DNA from: an uncultured Dehalococcoidia bacterium
GTDB taxonomy: Bacteria > Chloroflexota > Dehalococcoidia > Lucifugimonadales > UBA3495
Reading direction: 5' to 3'
Assembly: GCA_950072105.1 (NCBI GenBank)
Contig: CATMOE010000012.1
Location: 1 to 64,000, forward strand
Length of the DNA stretch: 64,000 nucleotides
Of this stretch, positions 9,375 through 18,011 are shown in pieces. The stretch's first letter is position 1. The number at the start of each line of letters is the position of its first letter. Under the pieces are notes generated by a model. It was given only the letters and a program-made list of their open reading frames with translations. It was not told the origin of the DNA and did no database searches. The translations under genes and the position numbers were made by a program.

Positions 9375-10571
9375 TCAGAACGCCGCCTCCAGCACTTCCA
9401 TGACCTGCTCCACCCTGGTCATCGGGATAGCGTTGGTCTGCGCCGGCCGATCATGCAAGACTTCCTCGGCTATGGCCGGCAGGTCTTCCCTGGGTATCTC
9501 AAGCTCCCGAAGCCGGTGGGGCATCCCCATTCCCAAGATAAGGTCGTCGACCGCCCTGGCGGCGGCTTCGGCGGCAGCCTCGTCGCTCATACTTCTAGTG
9601 TCGATGCCGGCCGAACGGGCCAAGAGAGCTTGTTTGGCGGCGGAAACGGGCCGGTTGTACTCCATGACGTATGGCTGAGTTACGCACGATGTGTAACCAT
9701 GGCCGACGGCGTACCGGACCCCGATGACGTGTCCGATAGCGTGGCTAAGCCCGGTATTGAAATTGGGCGCGCCCATCATGGACATCCATGCCGCCATCAG
9801 ACACCGAAGCCTGGCGTCCAAGTCGTGATGCGACTCTCCGGACCGGGCCAGGTCGCTAAACAACATCTCTGCCGCCGACAATATGGGAGCGTCGATGGCG
9901 GGCTGATTCCCCGTGGTGTAAAGCCGCTCGATACAATGGTCCAACGCCTTCACTCCGGTGGAAAGCCATAACCAGTCGGGGGTACCCACCGTCATCTCCG
10001 GGTCCAACACGATGAGGTGGGCGTAGAGACCAGGGTGACGTACCCGGATCTTGTGGCCGGCCCGGTCGTCCAAGATGTTGCCCCCGCCCATGTTGAACTC
10101 CCCGGCGGACAGAGTGGTGGGAATGGAAACCTGCCACGGTAGCTGACTGCTCACCAAGTCCGCCGGAAGAACGCCGTCGTGCTCCCGAGACAGTTCACGC
10201 AATCGATCAACGGTGGTGATTTCCAGAGCCATCATGACTCCAATCATCCTGGCGGCGTCGGAGATGGTGCTGCCGCCCACACCCACCAGGGTATCGGCGC
10301 CGGTTTCCAGTGCCATCCTAGTAACTTCCACCGTCGCCTCAATGGGAGCCCGTTGAGTCAGGCCGGAGAAAGTCCCAACTAAAGTGTCCCCTAAACCCGC
10401 GGCCGTCCGGCGGACGGCGTCAGTCTTTTCGGCAACAGACTTGCCGGAAAGCAGCAGCGCCCGCTTACCTCCCAGGTTCTCTACCTCCTCCCTCAGTCCA
10501 TCTACCTTCCCCCGGCCGAATATTACCCTGGACGGCACCGCCGGTTGATACTCTCCCTGCAATTCTGGCAT
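9375..10571 (-). CDS. Iron-containing alcohol dehydrogenase / maleylacetate reductase-like protein
   Basis: GVGGSTISD, IPTTLSAGE, DHCIE, HAIGH and HG metal ligands. Confidence 0.9.
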   Translation of the reverse strand: MPELQGEYQPAVPSRVIFGRGKVDGLREEVENLGGKRALLLSGKSVAEKTDAVRRTAAGLGDTLVGTFSGLTQRAPIEATVEVTRMALETGADTLVGVGGSTISDAARMIGVMMALEITTVDRLRELSREHDGVLPADLVSSQLPWQVSIPTTLSAGEFNMGGGNILDDRAGHKIRVRHPGLYAHLIVLDPEMTVGTPDWLWLSTGVKALDHCIERLYTTGNQPAIDAPILSAAEMLFSDLARSGESHHDLDARLRCLMAAWMSMMGAPNFNTGLSHAIGHVIGVRYAVGHGYTSCVTQPYVMEYNRPVSAAKQALLARSAGIDTRSMSDEAAAEAAARAVDDLILGMGMPHRLRELEIPREDLPAIAEEVLHDRPAQTNAIPMTRVEQVMEVLEAAF

Positions 10572-10626
10572 GGGCTACTATTTCTCCTCAGTTGGCTAGA
10601 TCCGATTCATAGACAAGGACGGGGGG

Positions 10627-10995
10627 TCAGTCCGCCAAGGGAATCACCAGATAAACTCTAGGTTCCTGGCCGACCACTCGGGTGGTATGACCTTCCCCAG
10701 TCAAGTCTTCAGCCAGCAGAACATCGCCTGGTCCGCATCGGCGAACCGTGCCGTCTCCGGTGGCGATCTCAATCTCTCCGGACAGGGTAACCGTATACTG
10801 CCGCCGGGGTGCCGTGTGGTAGTCGAGAAAATAACCGGGAGCGCTGCGCCGGATAGTTATTCCCGTGGCTTTCTCCATTGGAGTGCCTTCCCCGTGAGCT
10901 CCTTCAACGTCCACAAAGGGCTCGAAGGGTGGATCGAAATCTTCAATGTGCGACTTCCCGTCGTCTCCGGTATAGACCCGAACATAGCTTGGCAT
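10627..10995 (-). CDS. Cupin domain protein
   Basis: YHTAPRRQ and GPGDVLLAEDLTGEGH motifs. Confidence 0.88.
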   Translation of the reverse strand: MPSYVRVYTGDDGKSHIEDFDPPFEPFVDVEGAHGEGTPMEKATGITIRRSAPGYFLDYHTAPRRQYTVTLSGEIEIATGDGTVRRCGPGDVLLAEDLTGEGHTTRVVGQEPRVYLVIPLAD

Positions 10996-11003
10996 GGTTG
11001 TTT

Positions 11004-11038
11004 CTCCAGCGATCAGCTTTCAGCAATCAGCGGTCAGC
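11004..11038. repeat. Heptameric tandem repeat, 5 units ending in CAGC
   Basis: CTCCAGC GATCAGC TTTCAGC AATCAGC GGTCAGC. Confidence 0.75.
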
Positions 11039-11146
11039 CTCGGTTGAGCACGTTGGCGTCGTCGCTCATGGTACATGATTCTAGGCGAGGGTCAAGAACG
11101 CGAAGAGGCTGAAAAATAGGTTTGAACGCGGCCAATGTCCGAGCGG

Positions 11147-12247
11147 TTATAGGGCTTGTTCAACCCGGCGCCGCAGCCGCCCTATCCAAGCCCGCAACAG
11201 ATTGTTCGACGAGGCCGCCGGCAGGGACCGGGTCATCATGCCGTAGACCCATGACCGGCTTACTTTGGACGGTTGGTTGGGATCGAGCCAATCACGGTTT
11301 AGGGCCAATTCCGCTAGGGTCGCCAGGCCGATGAGCACCGGCCAGAGAGCCGCCAATCTCAGGCGCAGATGACGGCGGGGTATGGCCAGCAAGTATTCTT
11401 CCGCTGCTTCAAAGTGACCCAAAGCTATCTGGATTCCGTCTACCAGCAAAGGCCGGGCTGCTCCGCCCTTAAGGGAGTCCAGCAAGGCGTCAGGAGTGAG
11501 GCCACACGCCGTCAATCGGTCTTGGGGAAAGTAGCAGCGGCCAAGGCGCAGGTCTTTGGGGACGTCCCGGAGGACGTTGGTCATCTGGAGCGCTTTGCCG
11601 AACCTTACCCCCATCTCTCCCATACGAGCCGCATCCCAACTAGCAAGCCCTGGGGTGTGCGCCATGGTGATCGCCGTCCAGAACTCTCCGACGCAGCCGG
11701 CCACTTGATAGGTATAGCCGTCCAGAGCAGCGGCATCGGGAAGGGCGGCGATGTGCCCGGAATCCTCCGCTGGAAACGTGGTGAGGTCGGCCTCCATTCC
11801 TTTAGTCAGGTTGACCACAACAGAGCGGATGAGGGCGCGGTCTTCTTCTCCAGCCGTCTCCAAGAACGAGAATATCACCGGCAAGGACGAAAGGAGCACC
11901 AATTCCTGGGACAAAGCCTGGTTCTCGGTGTGTAGCAAGCCGATGCGGGCTAGGGTTTCGGTGTCAGCCGGGCCTTCAACCTGTGCCCGAAACTCCAACA
12001 GGTAACTCAGGCGGTCTTCGGATGGCAGAAGCCGGGTATCGGCGATGGTGTCGGCCGCCCTGGCCAGCAGATAAGCCAGTCCGATGGGGATTCGCAGATC
12101 TCCAGGCAGCACCCTTAGGGTGAGATAAAAGCTACGGGAGACTCCCCGCAGTAAATCACCCAAAAGCCGCTTCCTGGCCGCCGGCGAGACTGGGGGCAGT
12201 GAAGACGAGGTTACTGAAGCCGCTGCCGGAAACTTATCAGATGCCAC
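11147..12247 (-). CDS. Squalene/phytoene synthase family protein (squalene synthase-like)
   Basis: VSRSFYL, RAADTIAD, YTYQVAGCVG and LQMTNVLRDVPKD...GRCYFP motifs. Confidence 0.9.
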   Translation of the reverse strand: MASDKFPAAASVTSSSLPPVSPAARKRLLGDLLRGVSRSFYLTLRVLPGDLRIPIGLAYLLARAADTIADTRLLPSEDRLSYLLEFRAQVEGPADTETLARIGLLHTENQALSQELVLLSSLPVIFSFLETAGEEDRALIRSVVVNLTKGMEADLTTFPAEDSGHIAALPDAAALDGYTYQVAGCVGEFWTAITMAHTPGLASWDAARMGEMGVRFGKALQMTNVLRDVPKDLRLGRCYFPQDRLTACGLTPDALLDSLKGGAARPLLVDGIQIALGHFEAAEEYLLAIPRRHLRLRLAALWPVLIGLATLAELALNRDWLDPNQPSKVSRSWVYGMMTRSLPAASSNNLLRAWIGRLRRRVEQAL

Positions 12248-12271
12248 TCCAACCTCAACTGGCTGGGCTGT

Positions 12272-13456
12272 TTAGGCCGGCAGCGGTTCCTCTACAGGCG
12301 ATGAAAATTCCCGGACCTCGGTTTTGTCCAAGGCCATGGCGACGAGGTCGTCCACCGGCAACACGGATTCAAGCTTGAGCACCGTCTCCAAGTCTGACCG
12401 GGTTTCCGGATGCTTCGGCACAAATAGTGAGCAACAGTCTTGATCCGGCAGGATGGACGTGGTAAAGGTACCCAAGGCACGGGCGACGTCGATGATTTCC
12501 TCTTTGTTGAAGCCGATCAACGGCCGCAGCACAGGCATGTTTACCACCGCGTCAATGGTGGCGATGTTTTCCAGGGTCTGAGAGGCCACCTGGCCGCAAC
12601 TCTCCCCAGTGACGATGGCTTTTGACTTCCGGCGGCGCGCAATTTCCTCGGTTACCCGCATCATGAAGCGCCGGTAAAATATCACACGGTAAGCCGGCGG
12701 CGTAGACAGAATGATCTGCTTCTGAATATCGCCCAGGGGCACCAGATGCAGCACCGATCCGTACTGGAATTTGGTCAGGTACTGGGTCAGGTCCACCACC
12801 TTTTCGATAGATGACATGTCAACCAGCGGGTAGCTATGGAAGTGAACAAATTGCACCGTGCAGCCTCGCTTCATCAATTGCCAGGCCGCCACCGGGGAGT
12901 CGATACCACCGGAAAGCATGGCGGTGACCAGCCCGCTTACGCCCACCGGCAGTCCGCCGTACCCCTTGATTTCATCAAAGTAGATCAGTATCTCTTTGGA
13001 CTGTACGTCCAGGTGGATATGAAGGTCGGGATGGGTCAGGTCTACTCTGGCGCCGGTCAAGTCTTTCACATACGCGCCCATGTCCCGGTTGATCTGGTCC
13101 GACTTGACCGGGAACCGCTTGTCGGCCCGATTAGCGGTGATGCGGAATGAGTCGAACGTCCTGCCTTCTAGCAGACCCGGCAGGACCGCCTTCACTTCAT
13201 CCAAGTCCGGTGGGGCGGTATAGCTCTTGAAAAACTTGGCGACGCCGAAACAGTCCTGTACCCTATCCCTGACCTCGGGCCAAGCGTCCTCATCGGAAAG
13301 GGTAAGCCCCACAAACATATGCCCCTGCCAAACCCTCTCAACTCCCGTCCCCTTGGTCGCCACCCGCAAGTTGTTTACCAGCCGGCGCATAAACCACGGG
13401 CGGTTATTACCCTTCAGCGCCAGTTCGTGGGTTTTAACGATAACGTAGGTTTTCAT
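12272..13456 (-). CDS. thiI: tRNA 4-thiouridine(8) synthase ThiI (no rhodanese domain)
   Basis: ELALKGNNR N-terminus, THUMP domain, PP-loop SGGIDS, GQVASQT, RPLIG and DCC motifs. Confidence 0.95.
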   Translation of the reverse strand: MKTYVIVKTHELALKGNNRPWFMRRLVNNLRVATKGTGVERVWQGHMFVGLTLSDEDAWPEVRDRVQDCFGVAKFFKSYTAPPDLDEVKAVLPGLLEGRTFDSFRITANRADKRFPVKSDQINRDMGAYVKDLTGARVDLTHPDLHIHLDVQSKEILIYFDEIKGYGGLPVGVSGLVTAMLSGGIDSPVAAWQLMKRGCTVQFVHFHSYPLVDMSSIEKVVDLTQYLTKFQYGSVLHLVPLGDIQKQIILSTPPAYRVIFYRRFMMRVTEEIARRRKSKAIVTGESCGQVASQTLENIATIDAVVNMPVLRPLIGFNKEEIIDVARALGTFTTSILPDQDCCSLFVPKHPETRSDLETVLKLESVLPVDDLVAMALDKTEVREFSSPVEEPLPA

Positions 13457-13700
13457 GAATCAAGTAGCAATTATCAAACCAACTAACCGAAGGATTTCAG
13501 GCCCTTATCGCATAGCGTGAGAAGATATCCGGTGTCGCGGCATTCCATTTATCGTCCAGCTTTAGGGACACAGACCGCGCTCCGCCGGACACATTGTACG
13601 ACAAAAGAGGCGATGGGTGAGAATAAAGGGTGGCGGACAGTATGTGATACCAGATGCGAGCGGCTTATCCGGGCTTAGGCCAGCCGGCCAGAAAGCAAGG

Positions 13701-13750
13701 TTATGCACCACATATGAAAGTTATCCACCAAATTCCGGCAGTTATCAACA
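13701..13750. promoter_or_regulatory. DnaA-box cluster 1 (candidate oriC element downstream of dnaA)
   Basis: TTATGCACC 13701, TTATCCACC 13721 and TTATCAACA 13742; same orientation, 20-21 bp spacing. Confidence 0.7.
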
Positions 13751-13892
13751 CATTAGGACCAGCCTAGGCGACGGCCATTAACGTCTCACGTTCGCCCTGG
13801 ACTTGTCTAAGGGTCCTTCCACCGAAGAATGGTTCGACAGGCTACCCAAGAACGGGGTTGGTAATGCTGCCTTTTGGAAAACTCAAATGACT

Positions 13893-15275
13893 TTAGGCGA
13901 AAATCGCTTCCTTGATGGAAAGCACGTCCCGCCGCAAGTGAGTATCTTCGTTGATCTCGCCGTTAATCTTCCCGGCACCGTGAATCACGGTGGCGTGGTC
14001 CCGGCCTCCCAGCAACCGCCCCACCTGAGTCGGCGTCATCTCCAACTCATTGATCAGCAGATACATCGCCACCTGCCGGGCGTGGGCGATCTTTTGGGTG
14101 CGGCCCCGCGCCAACAGGGAGTCGGTTCCCACCCTAAAGTGGTTCGAAACCGCCTCCAGGATGCGCTCAGGGTCGATGGCATGACGTTCGGTATCCGCAG
14201 TTAGTTCCTCCAGGATACGGGAGGCCGACTGGACGGTGATCGATTCGCTCATCAGTTCGGCCTGGGCGACCATGCGGTTCAAGCTCCCTTCCAACTCCCG
14301 CACGTTATTGTGCACGCGCTTGGCGATCAATTCGATGACACTTTCACCGACGCGAACTCCCAGGTTCTTGGCTTTGGATAGCAGGATAGCCATACGGGTT
14401 TCCAGGTCCGGAGGTTGGATATCGGCAAGCAATCCCCACTCGAAACGAGACCGCAGACGGTCTTGGAGCAAGGCCAAGGCCTTGGGCGGCCGGTCCGACG
14501 TTATGACAATCTGATGCCCCGAATTGTGCAAGTCATTGAATGTGTGGAAGAAGCTCTCGTGGGTCTGCTCCTTGCCGCTCATGAACTGAACGTCATCCAG
14601 CAAGAGCACCTCTACGCTACGGTACCGCTGGCGGAACGCCTCGGTGGTCCGGTTAGCGATAGATGTGATGAAGTCATTGGTGAACTGCTCCGAAGTTACA
14701 TACCGTACGGCCAATCCCCTAGAGGCTGCGGCATGCCCAATGGCATGAAGCAGATGGGTCTTGCCCAGCCCCACGCCGGAATATATGAACAGCGGGTTGT
14801 AGCTCTTCCCGGGAGCATCGGCTACCGCTCGAGCGGCGCTATAGGCCAATTGGTTCGACGGCCCGACCACGAAGGAATCGAACGTGTACTTGGGATTAAA
14901 GGCGGCCACAGGCTGTGCCGGAGATTTCACGGCCGTATCATTTTCGCCCGATCCAGGTCCGCCCGATTCAAGCTCCAAAGTTTGGCCGGTCAAAGTCACC
15001 GATCCATTCTCCGCTTCATGCCCTTGCCTAACTCTGAAAACCACGTCCAGAGGCCGCTCGGTCACCTTCTCCACCGTTTTCTGGATGGCGTTATACATAC
15101 GCCTTTCCAGCCACGCCACGGCAAAAGGGGTTGGCGCTTCCACAACGAACTGATGCTCGTCGTAGGAAACTCCGTCGGTATTCTTCAGCCATGTTTCGAA
15201 AGCAGGTCGGGGTAATTGCAGCTGAAGTTCTCCTAATACCGCCTTCCAGATCTCTCTGGTCGATTGTTCATTCAT
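13893..15275 (-). CDS. dnaA: Chromosomal replication initiator DnaA
   Basis: NPKYTFDSFVVG, GVGLGKTHL Walker A, LLLDDVQF, RLRSRFEWG and GGRDHATVIH motifs. Confidence 0.98.
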   Translation of the reverse strand: MNEQSTREIWKAVLGELQLQLPRPAFETWLKNTDGVSYDEHQFVVEAPTPFAVAWLERRMYNAIQKTVEKVTERPLDVVFRVRQGHEAENGSVTLTGQTLELESGGPGSGENDTAVKSPAQPVAAFNPKYTFDSFVVGPSNQLAYSAARAVADAPGKSYNPLFIYSGVGLGKTHLLHAIGHAAASRGLAVRYVTSEQFTNDFITSIANRTTEAFRQRYRSVEVLLLDDVQFMSGKEQTHESFFHTFNDLHNSGHQIVITSDRPPKALALLQDRLRSRFEWGLLADIQPPDLETRMAILLSKAKNLGVRVGESVIELIAKRVHNNVRELEGSLNRMVAQAELMSESITVQSASRILEELTADTERHAIDPERILEAVSNHFRVGTDSLLARGRTQKIAHARQVAMYLLINELEMTPTQVGRLLGGRDHATVIHGAGKINGEINEDTHLRRDVLSIKEAIFA

Positions 15276-15337
15276 GGCCCAAATGCTCCAAAATCACACA
15301 CAGTAGTCCCAACTGACACACAACAAACCCGATGGTA

Positions 15338-15490
15338 GCGCTGGACCCGCCTAGGCTTAGCCGGAATAGGTAGCCGCCTCGTTCCCCAGTCGTCCGGGGT
15401 AGGTGTCCTCAGCCTAGGTCATGGATGACATGCGAAGCACCCTGCGGTTCGCCTCTAGTCATAGCCTCGGTCTGGAGGATCCGGAGCGGC
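15338..15490 (-). ncRNA. Candidate structured cis-regulatory RNA in the dnaA 5' leader
   Basis: Several complementary segments (CCTAGGCT/AGCCTAGG, ATGAC/GTCAT, GCGAA/TTCGC, CCCC/GGGG) between a predicted promoter and the dnaA start. No family recognised. Confidence 0.4.
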
Positions 15491-15580
15491 GTTTATTCAA
15501 TACACTGGGTCTGGCAACATGTCAGATAAATTCGTGCCCTGTGACCCGGTCCCATCACTTTCATCACGCCCATGGCAGGC

Positions 15581-15609
15581 AAATTAGCAACCTTTCAAGA
15601 TTATGTCAA
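15581..15609 (-). promoter_or_regulatory. Sigma70-type promoter for dnaA
   Basis: Minus strand TTGACA-17 bp-TAATTT with an extended -10 TG (TGcTAATTT). Confidence 0.65.
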
Positions 15610-15951
15610 TGCGGAAATGTATCAATATGGGGGTCAATTTCCAGTCTCGGACTACGCCCAACAGCAGTTCTATATCTGGCGCGTCGAAAACCGTTGAGTA
15701 CCCATGGGTCCAAATTTGCGGAGCCTGGCCCCGGCATATATAATTGAACCAGCGCACGCATCACCGTTGCAATGTACATGAGCTAATCGCCTGAACACCA
15801 CGCTCCATCATGAAATCACCCGGTTGGCCCTGCGGAGCATCCAATAAAGCGTATAGGGAAATAGAGGGGGCGTCCAAACGTCCCCCTTATGATTTGTAGT
15901 TTCTTCGATCAATAACTTTGTCCGGATAGAGATTCGTCCAAGAGGAATTTC

Positions 15952-17001
15952 ATGCCCCGCAAGAAAATTACTCGCCCCAAAGGGTCCGGCGACGCCCAGG
16001 TAGCTATTGCCGAGCCCATTGAAGGCTTGCCGGAAGGGTTAGCCACCAGTGACCTGGTGGAGTCCTACACACAGATGATCTTGGTTCGAACGATGGACGA
16101 GCGCATCTGGGCCTTGAACCGGCAGGGCAAAGTGCCCATCGCCGCCTCTTGCCAGGGCCACGAGGCCGCCCAATTGGGCAGTCTGCTGGCAGCTCAGAAG
16201 GATGGCCGCTGTTTCTTGTTCCCCTATTATCGCGATCTGGGTCTGAAGATGGCCGCGGGTCTCACGCCCACCCAAGTGATGCTTTCTTTCATGGGCAAGG
16301 AGGGTGAGCCCTACAGCAACGCCCGCCAGTTCCCGATGCAAGGCGCCGACCTGGAGCACAACATCATTCAGATCTCCAACGTGGTGGGAGCCGGTCTAAC
16401 CCAGGCGGTAGGATACGCCTTGGCGTGCCGGATGCAGGATGACGACACCGTGGTGTTGACCTACTTCGGCGACGGGGCGTCCAGCCAAGGCGAAGCCCAC
16501 GAGGCGATGAATTTCGCCGGGGTCCACCGGGTGCCGGTTATATTTATCTGCGAAAACAATCATTACGCCATCTCGGTCCCACAGCACCGCCAAATGGCAA
16601 CCGACGATCTGGCGTCCCGGGCTCAGGGCTACGGTTTTCCAGGATTCACCGTGGACGGAATGGACCTTATCCGGTGTTACGAGGCTACCCGGGAAGCCAT
16701 TACCCACGCTCGAACTCAAGGACCGGTGCTTCTAGAGATGCAGGTGGAGCGGTTGATGCCCCACACAACCGATGACGACCATCTCCGATACCGGACCCAG
16801 GAAGAGTTGGACGCAGCTCACGAGCGAGACCCGGTTTCCAACTTCGGAGCCGAACTGATAGCCAGAGGCATCATCACTCCGGAAAAGTCAGACGAAATTA
16901 AAGCCGAAGCACTGAAAGCGATCAACCAAGCCACCGATGCCGCCGATGCCGCCAATCTCCCGGATCCCTCAACCATGTGGGATCGGGTTTACAGCGAGTA
17001 G
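15952..17001 (+). CDS. 2-oxoacid (branched-chain-like) dehydrogenase E1 alpha subunit
   Basis: CQGHEAAQ, PYYRD, TPP motif GDGASSQG...ENNHYAIS and HTTDDD. Confidence 0.93.
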   Translation: MPRKKITRPKGSGDAQVAIAEPIEGLPEGLATSDLVESYTQMILVRTMDERIWALNRQGKVPIAASCQGHEAAQLGSLLAAQKDGRCFLFPYYRDLGLKMAAGLTPTQVMLSFMGKEGEPYSNARQFPMQGADLEHNIIQISNVVGAGLTQAVGYALACRMQDDDTVVLTYFGDGASSQGEAHEAMNFAGVHRVPVIFICENNHYAISVPQHRQMATDDLASRAQGYGFPGFTVDGMDLIRCYEATREAITHARTQGPVLLEMQVERLMPHTTDDDHLRYRTQEELDAAHERDPVSNFGAELIARGIITPEKSDEIKAEALKAINQATDAADAANLPDPSTMWDRVYSE

Positions 17002-17010
17002 AGGGGAGAA

Positions 17011-17994
17011 GTGGCAGTCAAGAACGTCATTGAGGCGGTTCGAGAAGCCCTGCGCGAAGAGATGCAGCGGGACCCCAAAGTGTTCGTCATGGGCGAGGAC
17101 GTGGGGAAGCGCGGTGGTGTATTCTTAGCCACTCAGGGCCTCATAGATGAGTTCGGCGAATCTAGGGTCATCGATACCCCCTTGGCCGAAGCGTCCATCA
17201 TGGGGATAGCTCTTGGGGCCGCATTCCGGGGTATGCGCCCGATCCCCGAAGTCCAGTTTTCCGATTTCATCTGGCCCGCCATGAACCAACTCATCGGTGA
17301 AACAGCGCGAGCCTGCTACGGGAGCAACGGCGTCCTTCAAGTACCCTTGGTCATCCGAGTGCCTTACGGCGGCGGTATAAGAGGCGGCCTGTTTCACTCC
17401 CAAAACGTGGAAAGCATCTTTTTCCACACTCCCGGGCTCAAGGTCATCGCCCCGGCGACACCCTACGACATTAAAGGGCTTCTCAAGTCGGCCATCCGCG
17501 ACAATAGCCCTGTGGTCTTCTTGGAGCACAAGAAAACCTACCGCCTGGTCCGTGGAGAACTACCGGAGGGAGAATACACCATCCCCATCGGAAAGGCCGA
17601 CGTCAAACGCGCAGGGGAACATATCACAATAGTTTCCTACGGCTTGATGCTTCATTATTGCCTGGAAGCGGCGGAAGCGGTGTCCGGCGAAGGCATAGAC
17701 GTGGAGGTAGTGGACCTCCGTACCCTTAGGCCGTTGGATAAAGAAACGGTGCTAAACTCGGTCAAGAAGACCGGCAAGCTACTCATCGTTCATGAAGACA
17801 ACGTCACCGGTGGGGTCGGGGCTGAGATCGCCGCACTGGTTGCCGACGAAGCTTTCGAGTATCTGGACGGACCCGTCAAACGGCTCTGTGGTCCCGACGT
17901 ACCTACCATGCCCTTCGCCCAAACCCTCGAAGACGAATACATGCCCAATACCGACAAAATAGTTCAGGCTCTGCGTAAACAGGCAGCGTATTAG
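17011..17994 (+). CDS. 2-oxoacid dehydrogenase E1 beta subunit
   Basis: GEDVG, DTPLAE, HSQ, PVVFLEHK and VDLRTL motifs. Confidence 0.95.
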   Translation: MAVKNVIEAVREALREEMQRDPKVFVMGEDVGKRGGVFLATQGLIDEFGESRVIDTPLAEASIMGIALGAAFRGMRPIPEVQFSDFIWPAMNQLIGETARACYGSNGVLQVPLVIRVPYGGGIRGGLFHSQNVESIFFHTPGLKVIAPATPYDIKGLLKSAIRDNSPVVFLEHKKTYRLVRGELPEGEYTIPIGKADVKRAGEHITIVSYGLMLHYCLEAAEAVSGEGIDVEVVDLRTLRPLDKETVLNSVKKTGKLLIVHEDNVTGGVGAEIAALVADEAFEYLDGPVKRLCGPDVPTMPFAQTLEDEYMPNTDKIVQALRKQAAY

Positions 17995-18011
17995 CGGTAG
18001 GTGATGAAACA

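Noticed and set aside
13457..13700. TPP riboswitch upstream of thiI
   Set aside because: The conserved CTGAGA and AGGGA elements are absent, and this ThiI looks like a tRNA-modifying enzyme.
15421..15747. 108-aa ORF upstream of dnaA (possible rpmH or other gene)
   Set aside because: No L34 similarity, no RBS, atypical composition; it overlaps the predicted dnaA promoter and leader.
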